Positions 41,481 through 50,990 of a stretch of DNA of 64,000 nt are shown here, one piece after another (position 1 is the stretch's first letter; every line of letters begins with the position of its first letter). This stretch comes from Thermodesulfobacteriota bacterium (lineage in GTDB: Bacteria > Desulfobacterota > Desulfarculia > JACQYL01): assembly GCA_963675595.2 (NCBI GenBank), contig CAXXLZ010000002.1, positions 3,648,001 through 3,712,000 on the forward strand, read 5' to 3'. Under the pieces are notes generated by a model. That model saw nothing but the letters and a program-made list of their open reading frames with translations. It ran no database searches and was not told where the DNA came from. The translations under genes were made by a program, and so were the position numbers.

Positions 41481-42122
41481 TCAACGCGGGCCGGGGCGGA
41501 TTTCCGCACCCACACGGTTCATCCAGCGTGTGATCAGCGTGGACAGACGGCCGGCGGATCGCCCCGCTTCCTCGAAAGCTTCTCCCAATTCTCTGGGCGC
41601 GGCGCCGAGCAGCTCGATCCATCCGGCAGCGGGCTTTCGGCCGTCCCAAGGACGCATGGGAACCCTCACCGTGACGGTCATCTCCGCTCCTTCCACCTTT
41701 CGCTCCACAACGGAAAGATCGGGTCCTACCAGATAATATTCCCGTATGTGCGTTTCGTCCAAGGCCACGGCCGCGTCCTGAACCAGGACCCGCTGAGCCA
41801 CGTGGGCAGTTTTTTCCCCTTGGGTGTAGGCGATTCGGCTCAATGCGTCGACAACCGCTCTGCGTTCCACGGCCTCCATGGTTTCTCCGGCCCGGCCAAC
41901 GGCGCAGCCCTGGATGTAAACCGTGCGGGGGGCCTCACCTTCCAAGCCGTCCGGCGGCCTTTCGAAGAGAACTTCACCCTTGTGGAAGGCCCCGTTCCGG
42001 AATCCTTCGGAAACCCGGACGAGCAACACGTCGGCATACTCCGCGGCCTTCACCTCCCGGAGGAGGGGCGTAGCCGCAAGCGAAAGGGCGATAAAGAGGG
42101 ACATTAGGATCAAGGTGCGCAT
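41481..42122 (-). CDS. Exported hypothetical protein (weak FlgT-N/LPP20-like similarity)
   Basis: Signal peptide ..EVKA; AVERRAVVDAL helix; sigma54 site upstream. Confidence 0.65.
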   Translation of the reverse strand: MRTLILMSLFIALSLAATPLLREVKAAEYADVLLVRVSEGFRNGAFHKGEVLFERPPDGLEGEAPRTVYIQGCAVGRAGETMEAVERRAVVDALSRIAYTQGEKTAHVAQRVLVQDAAVALDETHIREYYLVGPDLSVVERKVEGAEMTVTVRVPMRPWDGRKPAAGWIELLGAAPRELGEAFEEAGRSAGRLSTLITRWMNRVGAEIRPGPR

Positions 42123-42240
42123 GGTTTCCCGTTGCAGACTCGGCGCCGTCGTCCGGCCGTGGCCGGCGCCGGATTGCGTCCCGCACGGTCGATACGGCCG
42201 ACAAGTGATGGAACGATTCCACTTTTGCTCTCATTCGTTA

Positions 42241-42256
42241 AGCAAGAAAAGTGCCG
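42241..42256 (-). promoter_or_regulatory. Sigma54 promoter
   Basis: CGGCAC-TTTTC-TTGCT on the minus strand, upstream of 41481..42122. Confidence 0.6.
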
Positions 42257-42354
42257 AAGCCGGCCGTTGAAGCGGTTTGGGAAGAGGAGTCCAAGGAAAC
42301 ACTTGAAGGGAGCGGCTCGCCCGGAAAGCGGGCGGAGGAATCACCGGAACAACT

Positions 42355-42876
42355 TCATTCCTCCTCTTCTTGAATCCAGCCTCGATCCACCCAGAGTCCA
42401 TAGTACCTGGGTTCCGGCAGGCAGCAGGCGGGGTCGAAATCGGAAGCTTCCACCGGCCAGATGCCTCCTTGCCGATCGGGAGCGGACCAGCCGAACTCGA
42501 TTTCCTTCTCGCATTCCCCGCAGAACACGTAGAATTCGTGGTCCAGGTCTTCGGTGAACTCGTCAAGGACTTCCCAGTCCGAATCTTCTTCGGCTCTAGA
42601 GGCGCAGCGTTCGCAAAGCACCTGATAGTCCTCGCCCCGGTCCTCGACTTCTTCCAGGTTCTTCGCTTCCCAGGCCCAACCGTGCTCTTCGTCCAGTCGG
42701 CCCCATTCCGCGAATTCCTCCACCACGATTCGGGTCTTGTGAGCCGCCACGCCGTCCGGGCCCCTGCCGCACCGACACCGGAGCATTTTCAGGTTGTTGG
42801 TGACCATCCGGCACCCGTGCACCACGATGAAGACGTGGCCGGAACAACGTTCACACCTATACAACTCTTGCGCCAT
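42355..42876 (-). CDS. Acidic multi-Cys (zinc-ribbon-like) hypothetical protein
   Basis: CERC, CRC, CERC, CGEC, CC. Confidence 0.75.
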   Translation of the reverse strand: MAQELYRCERCSGHVFIVVHGCRMVTNNLKMLRCRCGRGPDGVAAHKTRIVVEEFAEWGRLDEEHGWAWEAKNLEEVEDRGEDYQVLCERCASRAEEDSDWEVLDEFTEDLDHEFYVFCGECEKEIEFGWSAPDRQGGIWPVEASDFDPACCLPEPRYYGLWVDRGWIQEEEE

Positions 42877-42967
42877 TTTAATTCCAAAGTCCGATCGTTT
42901 TAGTGGGTGGCCGGAGTTCCCCCGAAGGACTTTTCCGCCACTCCACGATTGTGGTCCGGGATTGCCG

Positions 42968-43171
42968 TCACCGTCTGAACAGCCAGAAAATCAGGCTCAG
43001 CACCACGCTGATGAGGATGCAGGTGCCCAGCGGGAAATAAAACGAGAAATTTTCACGCTTGATCGCGATATCGCCCGGCAACCGACCCAACCAGGGAATC
43101 TTGGGGCCGATCATAAGAAACAGGCCGATACCCGCGATGACCAAACCCGCAATAAGCAGCGTCTTTCCCAT
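42968..43171 (-). CDS. DUF2905 small membrane protein
   Basis: LGRLPGDI.IKRENFSFYFPLGTCILISVVLS. Confidence 0.88.
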   Translation of the reverse strand: MGKTLLIAGLVIAGIGLFLMIGPKIPWLGRLPGDIAIKRENFSFYFPLGTCILISVVLSLIFWLFRR

Positions 43172-43626
43172 AAGGTGCCCGTACCCTTTCCCGAAATCCG
43201 CCTGTCGAGCCGTGAAGGTTGTCTTACATGACGGATTCAATCGCCGGAAATACAAGGTAAGCGAGGGTACCACTCGTGTCAAGGACGGGAGAGAGCGGTT
43301 TACTCCAACCTCGGCCGATGCGTCCAACCGGTCCGTCTCAAAGGCCGGTTCACACCGTCCGGTGAAGCACGATGAGATGCAGGGCCCGTAAGCGCCGAGG
43401 GGTCAACAAGCGCATGGGTCCAAAAGGTCCTCGGTAGCGTGTTCACGGCTCCGAAATTCGTCTTTGATGTGAGCCTCTCCGCCTTCGGCGGGGAGGCGTT
43501 TGGAATGGGCACGGGAGAAGACTCTTTCGGAAGCTCCCCCCAGTGCATTTTCTCGTACGTGGAGTGTGATTCACTGACGAGGCATGAAGCGCAACACCAC
43601 GGATTGCGTTGCTCGACAATCCGGTA

Positions 43627-44685
43627 TCAGGCGTCGCAGTCTTCCTCGACAATGCTTTCCTTCAGAGCCTTGAAGCTCGGTACGGCCACCGGAAACAGCC
43701 GATCCCGTTCCGGGTAATACATGAGGCGATAGGAAAACCCCATGTTGCCTTGCTCGTTCATCACGTCCCATCCCCTTCGGAAATAGCAGCAGTCGTCGTT
43801 AAAGCATACGTACATGAACTCGTTTTCCCACTCCGTGAAGGGATTCTGGGGCACGGCCCATTTCTTCATCCGCTCGCCGCAGTATGGACAGATAAGGGAA
43901 CTCTTGACCTGCGCACTTCTTGCCTCCACCAGGGCCGGGTCCGTTATCTCCACGGAATCCAACTTGGGCAGCGGTCTTTCGGGGCGATCGGGATTTCCGC
44001 CCTTCTTGTCGGCAGACACCGCATAAATCGGATCGCTGGGAATCCCGAGGTAGGCGTATTTGTCGTCCGTCGGTCGCGGCTTTCCCTTGGAAACGAACAC
44101 GCGAGCCGGCTCGAAGTCATTCGTCACGCGGAAGAAATCCTCCACAAGCATGACTCGTTCCGCTTCGTTGGATTCTTTCCAGATTTTCACCGCTTTTTGC
44201 GGAAACATGCGGTTGGAAAAGATCACCAGAAACAGACCCCCCGGTTTCAGTATCCGGGCGATTTCCCGGAAGACCTCCAACGGCCGGGTCATGTAGTCCA
44301 CGGACACGGTATTGAGCACCACGTCAAAGGTTCCATCCTCGAAAGGCAGGATCGGGTCCTCATTGAGGTCATGCAGCACGTATCGAGTCAGACGCGGGTT
44401 CTGCTTCAGTTCGTTGTCGTTGAGCCCCACGCCCACCACTTCGCGAGCGGAAAAATCCTCCGGCAGGTGGGAGTCCCATCCGGCCATGAGGTCCAGAACC
44501 ACCGGGTCCTTCTCCACCGTCAGATTGCCGATGAGTTTTTCCACCGTGTCCAGGGCCAATCGGTCCAGATGGCTGACAAAACGATCCCTCGCGTAAAACT
44601 CGCGGTCGCTGCTCTCGTCCATTCGAGAGAACAACTCGGAGGTATACACGGAAGTCCTCGCTCCGTGAGATTGGGTTTCCATCAT
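43627..44685 (-). CDS. Class I SAM methyltransferase with a C-terminal Cys4 zinc-binding domain
   Basis: RMDESSDREFY..DRFVSHLD, VLDLMAGWDSH, FSNRMFPQKA; tail CPYC...VCFNDDC.YF.RGW. Confidence 0.85.
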   Translation of the reverse strand: MMETQSHGARTSVYTSELFSRMDESSDREFYARDRFVSHLDRLALDTVEKLIGNLTVEKDPVVLDLMAGWDSHLPEDFSAREVVGVGLNDNELKQNPRLTRYVLHDLNEDPILPFEDGTFDVVLNTVSVDYMTRPLEVFREIARILKPGGLFLVIFSNRMFPQKAVKIWKESNEAERVMLVEDFFRVTNDFEPARVFVSKGKPRPTDDKYAYLGIPSDPIYAVSADKKGGNPDRPERPLPKLDSVEITDPALVEARSAQVKSSLICPYCGERMKKWAVPQNPFTEWENEFMYVCFNDDCCYFRRGWDVMNEQGNMGFSYRLMYYPERDRLFPVAVPSFKALKESIVEEDCDA

Positions 44686-45604
44686 TGCGAACTCCTTTCC
44701 AACATTTCTTCGGAGAGGAAGCGCGATTGCAGAACGCGGCCTTCCACCCCGTGCAAGCGGGGGGCCTTATGGCTCGTCTTCTTTGAATCCGGTGTGAGGC
44801 GCTTTTGAGAAAAACGTCCTACACGCAACCCCGCGGAAGAATTGGACTCAGCCGCGCCGCTCTTCGCGAAGCGGCCGAGGAAGAAATGGGACCCCCGAAG
44901 CCGAGTTGGTGGAACCATTGGTCGACTTCGAACGGCCCGGGTAACGCAACCACGCCGGTCCGATGTGGGCGGTTCGGCTTTCACAAGATTCCGAATTCAT
45001 GGATCGGAAAGCCTGATAAAATGACCTCGCGTGATTGTCCTTTCTTAATACGGTAAGGACGACCGGCACCTTGTCAATGAGACGGCTAGGCGCTCGCCGT
45101 ATAGCCGACCAAAAGTAAAGGAGGGAAACCGACAAGCCGAACCACACCCCGTTCATATTGACTGGGAGCTTCCTTGCCGATTCGGGAGATGCAGGGAACG
45201 TTGAAAATCGGTACGGAAGTCGATTTCCGCCTCAGCCTCTTCGCCGAAGGCGGTAAGGCCTGTTCGGAAAGTTCCCTTCGGTGAATGATTACCGGGCTCC
45301 TATATGGTATGGCAGGGATGGTTGGGGCATGCGGGAGCTTGTGAGGCTGTTGAAAAAAAAGCGATCTGCGGCGTTGCGCTTCATCCCTCGGCACTGCGAC
45401 GTATTCCATGTGCGTCTCATTCTTCAGGATTTGCGCGCCTCGCATCTCATCGTTATTCAGCGGCCTGCCCCAACCGGCTTTTTTCAACGGGATGTTGAGG
45501 CCGTGCGCACCTCGGGAGATCAAGCGCTTTGCCCTCAACCGGATTTCCGAATACGGCCGAAAAACGTAGGATCACTTCGACTCTGCGAACTGTGGGGGGG
45601 AACC

Positions 45605-46246
45605 GTGTCCGCTCTGGAAGAAATCAAGGCTGCGATTGTGGACGGCGACATTTACGGCGCCGGGGACAAGACGACTCAAGCCGTGGAGCAAGGCGTCTCC
45701 GCGGCGGACGTACTCAACGAAGCCGCATTGCCGGCGATCCGCGAAGTGGGGGACCTCTGGAATCGGGGGCGGTATTTTCTGCCCGAGGTGGTCATGAGTT
45801 CCGAGGCTTTCAACGAAGTCACCGCGCGGCTGCGACCCTACCTTACCGGCGATGAACGGCCCTCTTTGGGGCGGGTGATCATGGGTACCGTTTCCGGAGA
45901 CCTGCACGATCTGGGCAAGAATATCGTCATCGCCCTGCTCGAGGGAGAGGGATTCCAGGTGACGGACCTTGGGGTGGACGTGGCCGTCGAGCGGTTCGTG
46001 GAGCAGGTGGAAGAGCTTCGACCGGACATCCTGGGGCTTGGAGCCTACATGTCCACCACCATGCGGGCCATTCCCGAAGTCATCGAGGCGCTGGACAAAC
46101 AGGGCCTCCGCTCGGGCGTGCGCATCATGGTGGGCGGCATTCCCGTGACGCCCAAATTCGCCGAGGACGCGGGCGCCGACGGCTACGGCGAAGACGCTTT
46201 CGAAGCCCTGTCCAAAGCCAAGGCTCTTGTGAAAGGAGGCGTTTGA
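45605..46246 (+). CDS. Corrinoid (B12-binding) methyl-carrier protein
   Basis: FLPEVVMS, GTVSGDLHDLGKNIV, DLGVDV, MVGG; GTG start. Confidence 0.92.
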   Translation: MSALEEIKAAIVDGDIYGAGDKTTQAVEQGVSAADVLNEAALPAIREVGDLWNRGRYFLPEVVMSSEAFNEVTARLRPYLTGDERPSLGRVIMGTVSGDLHDLGKNIVIALLEGEGFQVTDLGVDVAVERFVEQVEELRPDILGLGAYMSTTMRAIPEVIEALDKQGLRSGVRIMVGGIPVTPKFAEDAGADGYGEDAFEALSKAKALVKGGV

Positions 46247-47359
46247 ATGAGCGCGGCTCCCAAGAAGAAACGCATCCGCATCGCGGCCCAGTGTCACGAC
46301 CATTCCGTTTTGCTGGCCGGGGTTTCCTTCAACGATTTCTACACCGACGCGCGGGTGTTCACCGACACCCAGCTCCTGGTGACGGAATACTACGGCTTCG
46401 ACGCGCCCAATGATTGTTGGGACATGTACAACATTGAAGCCGAGGCCATGGGGCAGAAGATGATCTACAGCGGCAAGGCCATGCCGGATATCGACCGCCG
46501 AGAGCCGCTCATCCGCACACACGCCGACCTGGACCGCATCCAAATCCCGGACCCGCACCGATCCGGACGCATGCCCTACGTTCACCAAATCAACAAGCTG
46601 TTCCTCGAACGCACGGGCCGACCGGCGCGCATCTATTTCTGCGCCCCCTTCAGCCTGGCCATGAATATCCGGGGTTACGTGAGCCTCATCAAGGACATGA
46701 AAACCGATCCGGCCTTCGCACACCGGCTGATGGAATTCCTGTGCGAACGGATATTGGCACCCTATATCCAAGCCATGCGCGACGAAATCGGCCAACCGGA
46801 ATACATCGCCTTCGGCGTGGACGCCTGGGCTTCGCCGCCCAATCTAAGTTTGGACATGTTCGACGAGTTCGTGATCCCCTACACGGACCGGCTGCGGGAA
46901 CTCGCCGGCGGCACGGTGGTCACCCTGGGTCAATGGGGCGACGTGAAAAGCCGTGATCCCGAGCGGTTCCTGCTCCAGAAACTCGCCACCTGCCCCATTT
47001 TCGTCAATGTGCTGGACCCGGACCTCAACCAGATGGACGCTCGCTGGGTGAAACGATTCGCCCTGGACCGGAAACTCATGGTGTCCGCCGGGGTCGACGC
47101 CGCCCTGATCATGGACGGTCCGGTGGAAGCCATTGTGCAACGCCTCAAACGATACATCGACGAAATGGGACGCGACGGCGGTCTGATCCTCTACCTCAAC
47201 CAGATTCCCGTGGATACCCCTCCGGAACACGTGCACGCCGCCGTGGCCGTGGTCAAGGCCCTGGGAGAACTCCCCATTCCGGAAAACCTGGACGAGATCG
47301 ATATTCCGATTCCCAAACGGGAATCCTTCGCCGAGTTCGTTCGACGGAAGAATGTGTGA
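46247..47359 (+). CDS. UroD/MetE-like TIM-barrel methyltransferase
   Basis: YNIEAEAMG, PDPHRSGRMP, APFSLAMNIRG, TPPEHVHAAV; GGAGG RBS directly after the corrinoid gene. Confidence 0.85.
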   Translation: MSAAPKKKRIRIAAQCHDHSVLLAGVSFNDFYTDARVFTDTQLLVTEYYGFDAPNDCWDMYNIEAEAMGQKMIYSGKAMPDIDRREPLIRTHADLDRIQIPDPHRSGRMPYVHQINKLFLERTGRPARIYFCAPFSLAMNIRGYVSLIKDMKTDPAFAHRLMEFLCERILAPYIQAMRDEIGQPEYIAFGVDAWASPPNLSLDMFDEFVIPYTDRLRELAGGTVVTLGQWGDVKSRDPERFLLQKLATCPIFVNVLDPDLNQMDARWVKRFALDRKLMVSAGVDAALIMDGPVEAIVQRLKRYIDEMGRDGGLILYLNQIPVDTPPEHVHAAVAVVKALGELPIPENLDEIDIPIPKRESFAEFVRRKNV

Positions 47360-47389
47360 GTGCTGGTTGGGGCCTATTCATAGACGTTC

Positions 47390-47690
47390 CGGTTCATCCG
47401 ACGGCGGCATTTAGCGGGTGCGGATTTCCCCGGCCGCTGACATTCGTTTCCCCTGTGAACCTCTCCGCCGAAGGCGGTGAGGTCCGCCTAAAGGGTTGCC
47501 CAAGCCCCTCAGAAAACTCTGGAGTGCGGGTCATGCGCCTGCGGCGTATGATCGAGGCATGGAACTCCGAGGGGGCCTATTCATAGACGTTGCGGTTCAT
47601 CAGCCGGCGGCATCTAGCGGATACGGATTTCCCCGGCCGGACATTTGTTTCCCCTGTGAACCTCTCCGCCGAAGGCGGTGAGGCCCGTTT
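47390..47690. repeat. Tandem ~110-bp imperfect direct repeat ending in the module A hairpin
   Basis: GGCCTATTCATAGACGTT.CGGTTCATC...GTTTCCCCTGTGAACCTCTCCGCCGAAGGCGGTGAGG at ~47391 and ~47574. Confidence 0.75.
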
Positions 47691-47830
47691 ATCGGAGCAT
47701 GGCGGCTGGAAGTTGAACTCCCGAGGGCTCGGGCCGAAAGGCCCGCTGCCCACGCTTAAAAGGTTTGGGGAAGGGTGAGGGAAACCCTTTTTCAAAAGGG
47801 TTTCCCTCCTTCAACGATAAAGGAATATTC

Positions 47831-48730
47831 ATGGATTCATTTGAAGCCGAACAGAAAGTCCTGCGTATTGGTGACGTGGTCTTGGGTGGGCGTACGGGGG
47901 AGTATCCCACGGTGCTTATCGGGAGCCTGTTTTTCAACGGCCATCGTATAGTAAAGGATGCGGACAAAGGGGAATTCGACGAGGATGCGGCTCAGGCGTT
48001 GATCGAGAGGGAGGGGGAACTGTCGAGGAGCACGGGCAACCCGCGCATCATCGACGTTATCGGGGAATCCACGAAAGCGTTGCTTCGATACATTCAATTT
48101 ACGGCTCGGACGACGGATGCTCCCCTGCTGTTGGATTCGCCCTTTCAGAAGGTTCGGATGGAAGTGGTGCGGGAATTGGCCGGCTCCGAACTCATGAATC
48201 GCATCATCTACAATTCCATTGCCGAGGATTATACGGAGGAGGAGGTGGCGTGCCTCAAGGAGTGCGGTGTGAAGCACGCCGTGGTGTTGGCCTTCAGCAA
48301 GCGGGCCATGAGGCCCAAAGACATGCTGCGATTGCTGGAAGACCGGCTGCTTCCCGCGGCGGATCGGGCGGGGATTCGGAACCTGCTGGTGGACGTGGGC
48401 GTGCTGGACGTGCCCGGAGTGGGTTGGGCTTCGGAAGCCGTCCATGAAGTGAAAGACAAGTTCGGTTTGCCCGCCGGCTGCGCCCCGGCCAACGCCTTGT
48501 ACCAGTGGCGTGCGAAATCCAAAGGGTGGAAGGAGTTCACCGGAGCCTCCGCCGCGGTGCTCACCGTGCCCCAGTGCTTCGGAGCGGATTTCCTCATGTA
48601 CGGCTCCTTGGCCAATGCCCCATGGGTGTATCCCGCCTGCGCCGCAACGGACGGCTTGTTGGCCTATCGCGCGCGTTTGCACGGTGTTCGGACTCTCGTG
48701 GAAGAGCATCCGCTGTATCGGATCTTTTGA
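47831..48730 (+). CDS. MtrH-family methyltransferase (corrinoid:pterin, MtgA/CmuB-like)
   Basis: GGRTGEYPTVLIGSLFFNGHRIVKD..KGEFD, IYNSI, GLPAGCAPAN, GADFLMYG. Confidence 0.88.
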   Translation: MDSFEAEQKVLRIGDVVLGGRTGEYPTVLIGSLFFNGHRIVKDADKGEFDEDAAQALIEREGELSRSTGNPRIIDVIGESTKALLRYIQFTARTTDAPLLLDSPFQKVRMEVVRELAGSELMNRIIYNSIAEDYTEEEVACLKECGVKHAVVLAFSKRAMRPKDMLRLLEDRLLPAADRAGIRNLLVDVGVLDVPGVGWASEAVHEVKDKFGLPAGCAPANALYQWRAKSKGWKEFTGASAAVLTVPQCFGADFLMYGSLANAPWVYPACAATDGLLAYRARLHGVRTLVEEHPLYRIF

Positions 48731-49223
48731 GACTGGGCGGAGTGCCGGCTTGAAGTCCTTCATCAGGGCGGCCGCAGGGGAAAGCCGCGCCCCTGCACCC
48801 CTGCCGGGGGACCCATGGCCCCCCGGACCCCCGTTGCGTTTTTGCGAATCGCGTACGCGATTCGTAAAATGAGCAGCATTTGTCGTCCAACATATTGAAA
48901 TGACTAAATGGTTTTGGGGGTGTGCCTCGGATACCCCTCTGAATGCTCGCGCTTCAAGAATGTGTGCCGGTGCATTATAAGCCTCTGGGCGCTCCGCCGG
49001 AGGCGGTGCGGCCGAGCTTGAGAGTTTTGCGGGGGGGCTGGGGGGTGCTTTTTCCCAAAAGCACCCCCCAGTGAAATGATTCAAGCGGCTGTAAGAAGAC
49101 CTTGGTTGCCGACTTACAAATTGTTGGCTGAACGAAAAGCAGAAGCAGTTCCGTCACAAATTCCCGAGTCTTCCGTGAATCCTTGGGGGATGCCGAATGG
49201 TTGATAAGGATGTGTCCGGTGTG

Positions 49224-50693
49224 ATGCCGAGAGCTGAAAACTCTCCGGGTCTTTCAAGCCCCGGGAAAGACGAGACCGCCGGCAGGACGAAATGGATTGT
49301 ATTTTCACTGGTGGCCGTTGCGGTGTTCATGTCGACGCTCGACACCAGCATTGTCAACATTGCCCTGCCGGTGATCATGAAGGATCTAAAGGCGCCGCTG
49401 ACCACCATTCAGTGGATTCCCATGATCTATCTCTTGAGCGTGTCGTCTCTTCTGCTCCCTCTAGGGCGGCTCAGCGATATCCAGGGAAGACGCCGGGTTT
49501 ATTGCGCGGGATTTTTGCTTTTTTCATTGGCATCCCTTTGGTGCGGCGTGGCGCCCAGCGCCGTTTGGCTGATTGCCGCCCGATCGCTGCAGGGCGCTTC
49601 GGCCGCCATGCTCATGGCCTGCTCCCCCGCCATTCTCGTGGATACCTTCCCCCCCGCCGAGAGGGGCAAAGCACTGGGGGCGCTGGGAGCGGTCGTCGCC
49701 TCAGGCCTCATCGCCGGGCCGGTCATCGGCGGCCTGATTATTCAGTCGCTGCCGTGGCGGGTCATCTTTTTTGTCAACGTGCCCATCGGCATTGTGTCCA
49801 CCATACTCGCCCTTCGAATTCTTGAGGATGCGGAAGCAACCATTGACGGCAAACAGGGCTTTGACTGGAAGGGAACATTTTTTCTGGTGGTTGGACTCAG
49901 TTTGTTTATCTACGTCATTTCCAACGCTTATTCCTGGAATCCGACATCTCCGCGCACCATTGCGGGGTTATCCGTTTCAATCCTGGTCATGGTGTGGTTT
50001 CTTCGTGTTGAAAAGCGCACGGATTCTCCCATATTTCAAACGTCACTGCTGAGAATTCGTCTTTTTCTTTTTCCGCTCCTCGCCGCATTCATACTGTACG
50101 TCAGCCTGTTCACCATGATTTTTCTCATGCCCTTCTATCTGGTTTATCCCTGCGGTTTATCCATTGAAAAAGCCGGATACACCATGGTGATCCCTTTTGC
50201 CTTTCTTTCTCTAACAAGCCCTCTTTCCGGGTACGTCTCGGACCGGACGGGGTCCCGCACGCTTTGCACCCTCGGAATGCTGGTGATGTCGGCGGCGCTG
50301 TTCTACCTGTCCCGGATTACGCCCGAACACGGATACCTTTCCGTGGCCTGGCCCCTGGCTTTGGTGGGAATCGGAACCGGTATTTTCGTTTCACCCAACA
50401 GCTCAACCCTGATGAGCGCCGTGCCGCAAACCCACAGGGGGGAAGCATCCGGTATGTTCGCGGCCGCGCGAAATCTGGGAATGGCCATCGGCGTGGCTCT
50501 GTCGGGTCTCATCTTCAACAGCATCTTTCATTCGCAGAGCGGAGGCCTGGCGTTAAAGGAATACAGACCGGACCTCGAGACGGTTTTCCTGGCCGCTTTT
50601 CGGTGGGCTATGCTCGCGGGGGGATTCGTGGCCTGCATCGGTGTCGTCGTATCCTTCCTGCGCGGCGGTGAAGCGGCACGAAATAAGGGGTAA
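49224..50693 (+). CDS. MFS transporter, DHA2 (EmrB/QacA) family
   Basis: FMSTLDTSIVNIALP, LGRLSDIQGRR, WRVIFFVNVPIG. Confidence 0.92.
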   Translation: MPRAENSPGLSSPGKDETAGRTKWIVFSLVAVAVFMSTLDTSIVNIALPVIMKDLKAPLTTIQWIPMIYLLSVSSLLLPLGRLSDIQGRRRVYCAGFLLFSLASLWCGVAPSAVWLIAARSLQGASAAMLMACSPAILVDTFPPAERGKALGALGAVVASGLIAGPVIGGLIIQSLPWRVIFFVNVPIGIVSTILALRILEDAEATIDGKQGFDWKGTFFLVVGLSLFIYVISNAYSWNPTSPRTIAGLSVSILVMVWFLRVEKRTDSPIFQTSLLRIRLFLFPLLAAFILYVSLFTMIFLMPFYLVYPCGLSIEKAGYTMVIPFAFLSLTSPLSGYVSDRTGSRTLCTLGMLVMSAALFYLSRITPEHGYLSVAWPLALVGIGTGIFVSPNSSTLMSAVPQTHRGEASGMFAAARNLGMAIGVALSGLIFNSIFHSQSGGLALKEYRPDLETVFLAAFRWAMLAGGFVACIGVVVSFLRGGEAARNKG

Positions 50694-50769
50694 GGTAAGT
50701 ATTCACGGGGGAGGGGATTTTTTTATTTATTTATCGGGGGAAACTTTCGAGAAAGTTTCCTATGTGGCC

Positions 50770-50990
50770 TCAAGTCAAGCCGGAATTGGATAACCGTTTC
50801 CTATTCGCGCCCGAAGCGCCAAGTACACATGCGATGTAGAAGCGAAGATGCCGCCATTTCCCCAGCGCTACCGATGCAGCCAAACTTTATCGCGGCCGTC
50901 TCCGCTTTTTTCTCCCGGCTTGAGGCTCGGGACCCACCTCAAGTATGGGTCCCGAGCCGGTTGGGTTCTCCTAAACAAGTCCTAACCGGC
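50770..50990 (-). ncRNA. Predicted bridge/seek RNA of the IS1111-type element
   Basis: Nested stems (TCAAGCCGG/CCGGCTTGA; GCGGAGA-GCCGC/GCGGC-TCTTCGC) enclose internal loops whose strands match the target (AAAGUUU, GGGGAAA) and donor (GUACUU, AUAGGAAA). Confidence 0.7.

Noticed and set aside
45281-45604. N-terminal extension of the corrinoid protein (similarly 56181..56234, 39607..39900, 47765..47830)
   Set aside because: These extensions run through intergenic repeats or promoters; downstream starts fit the family length and RBS better.
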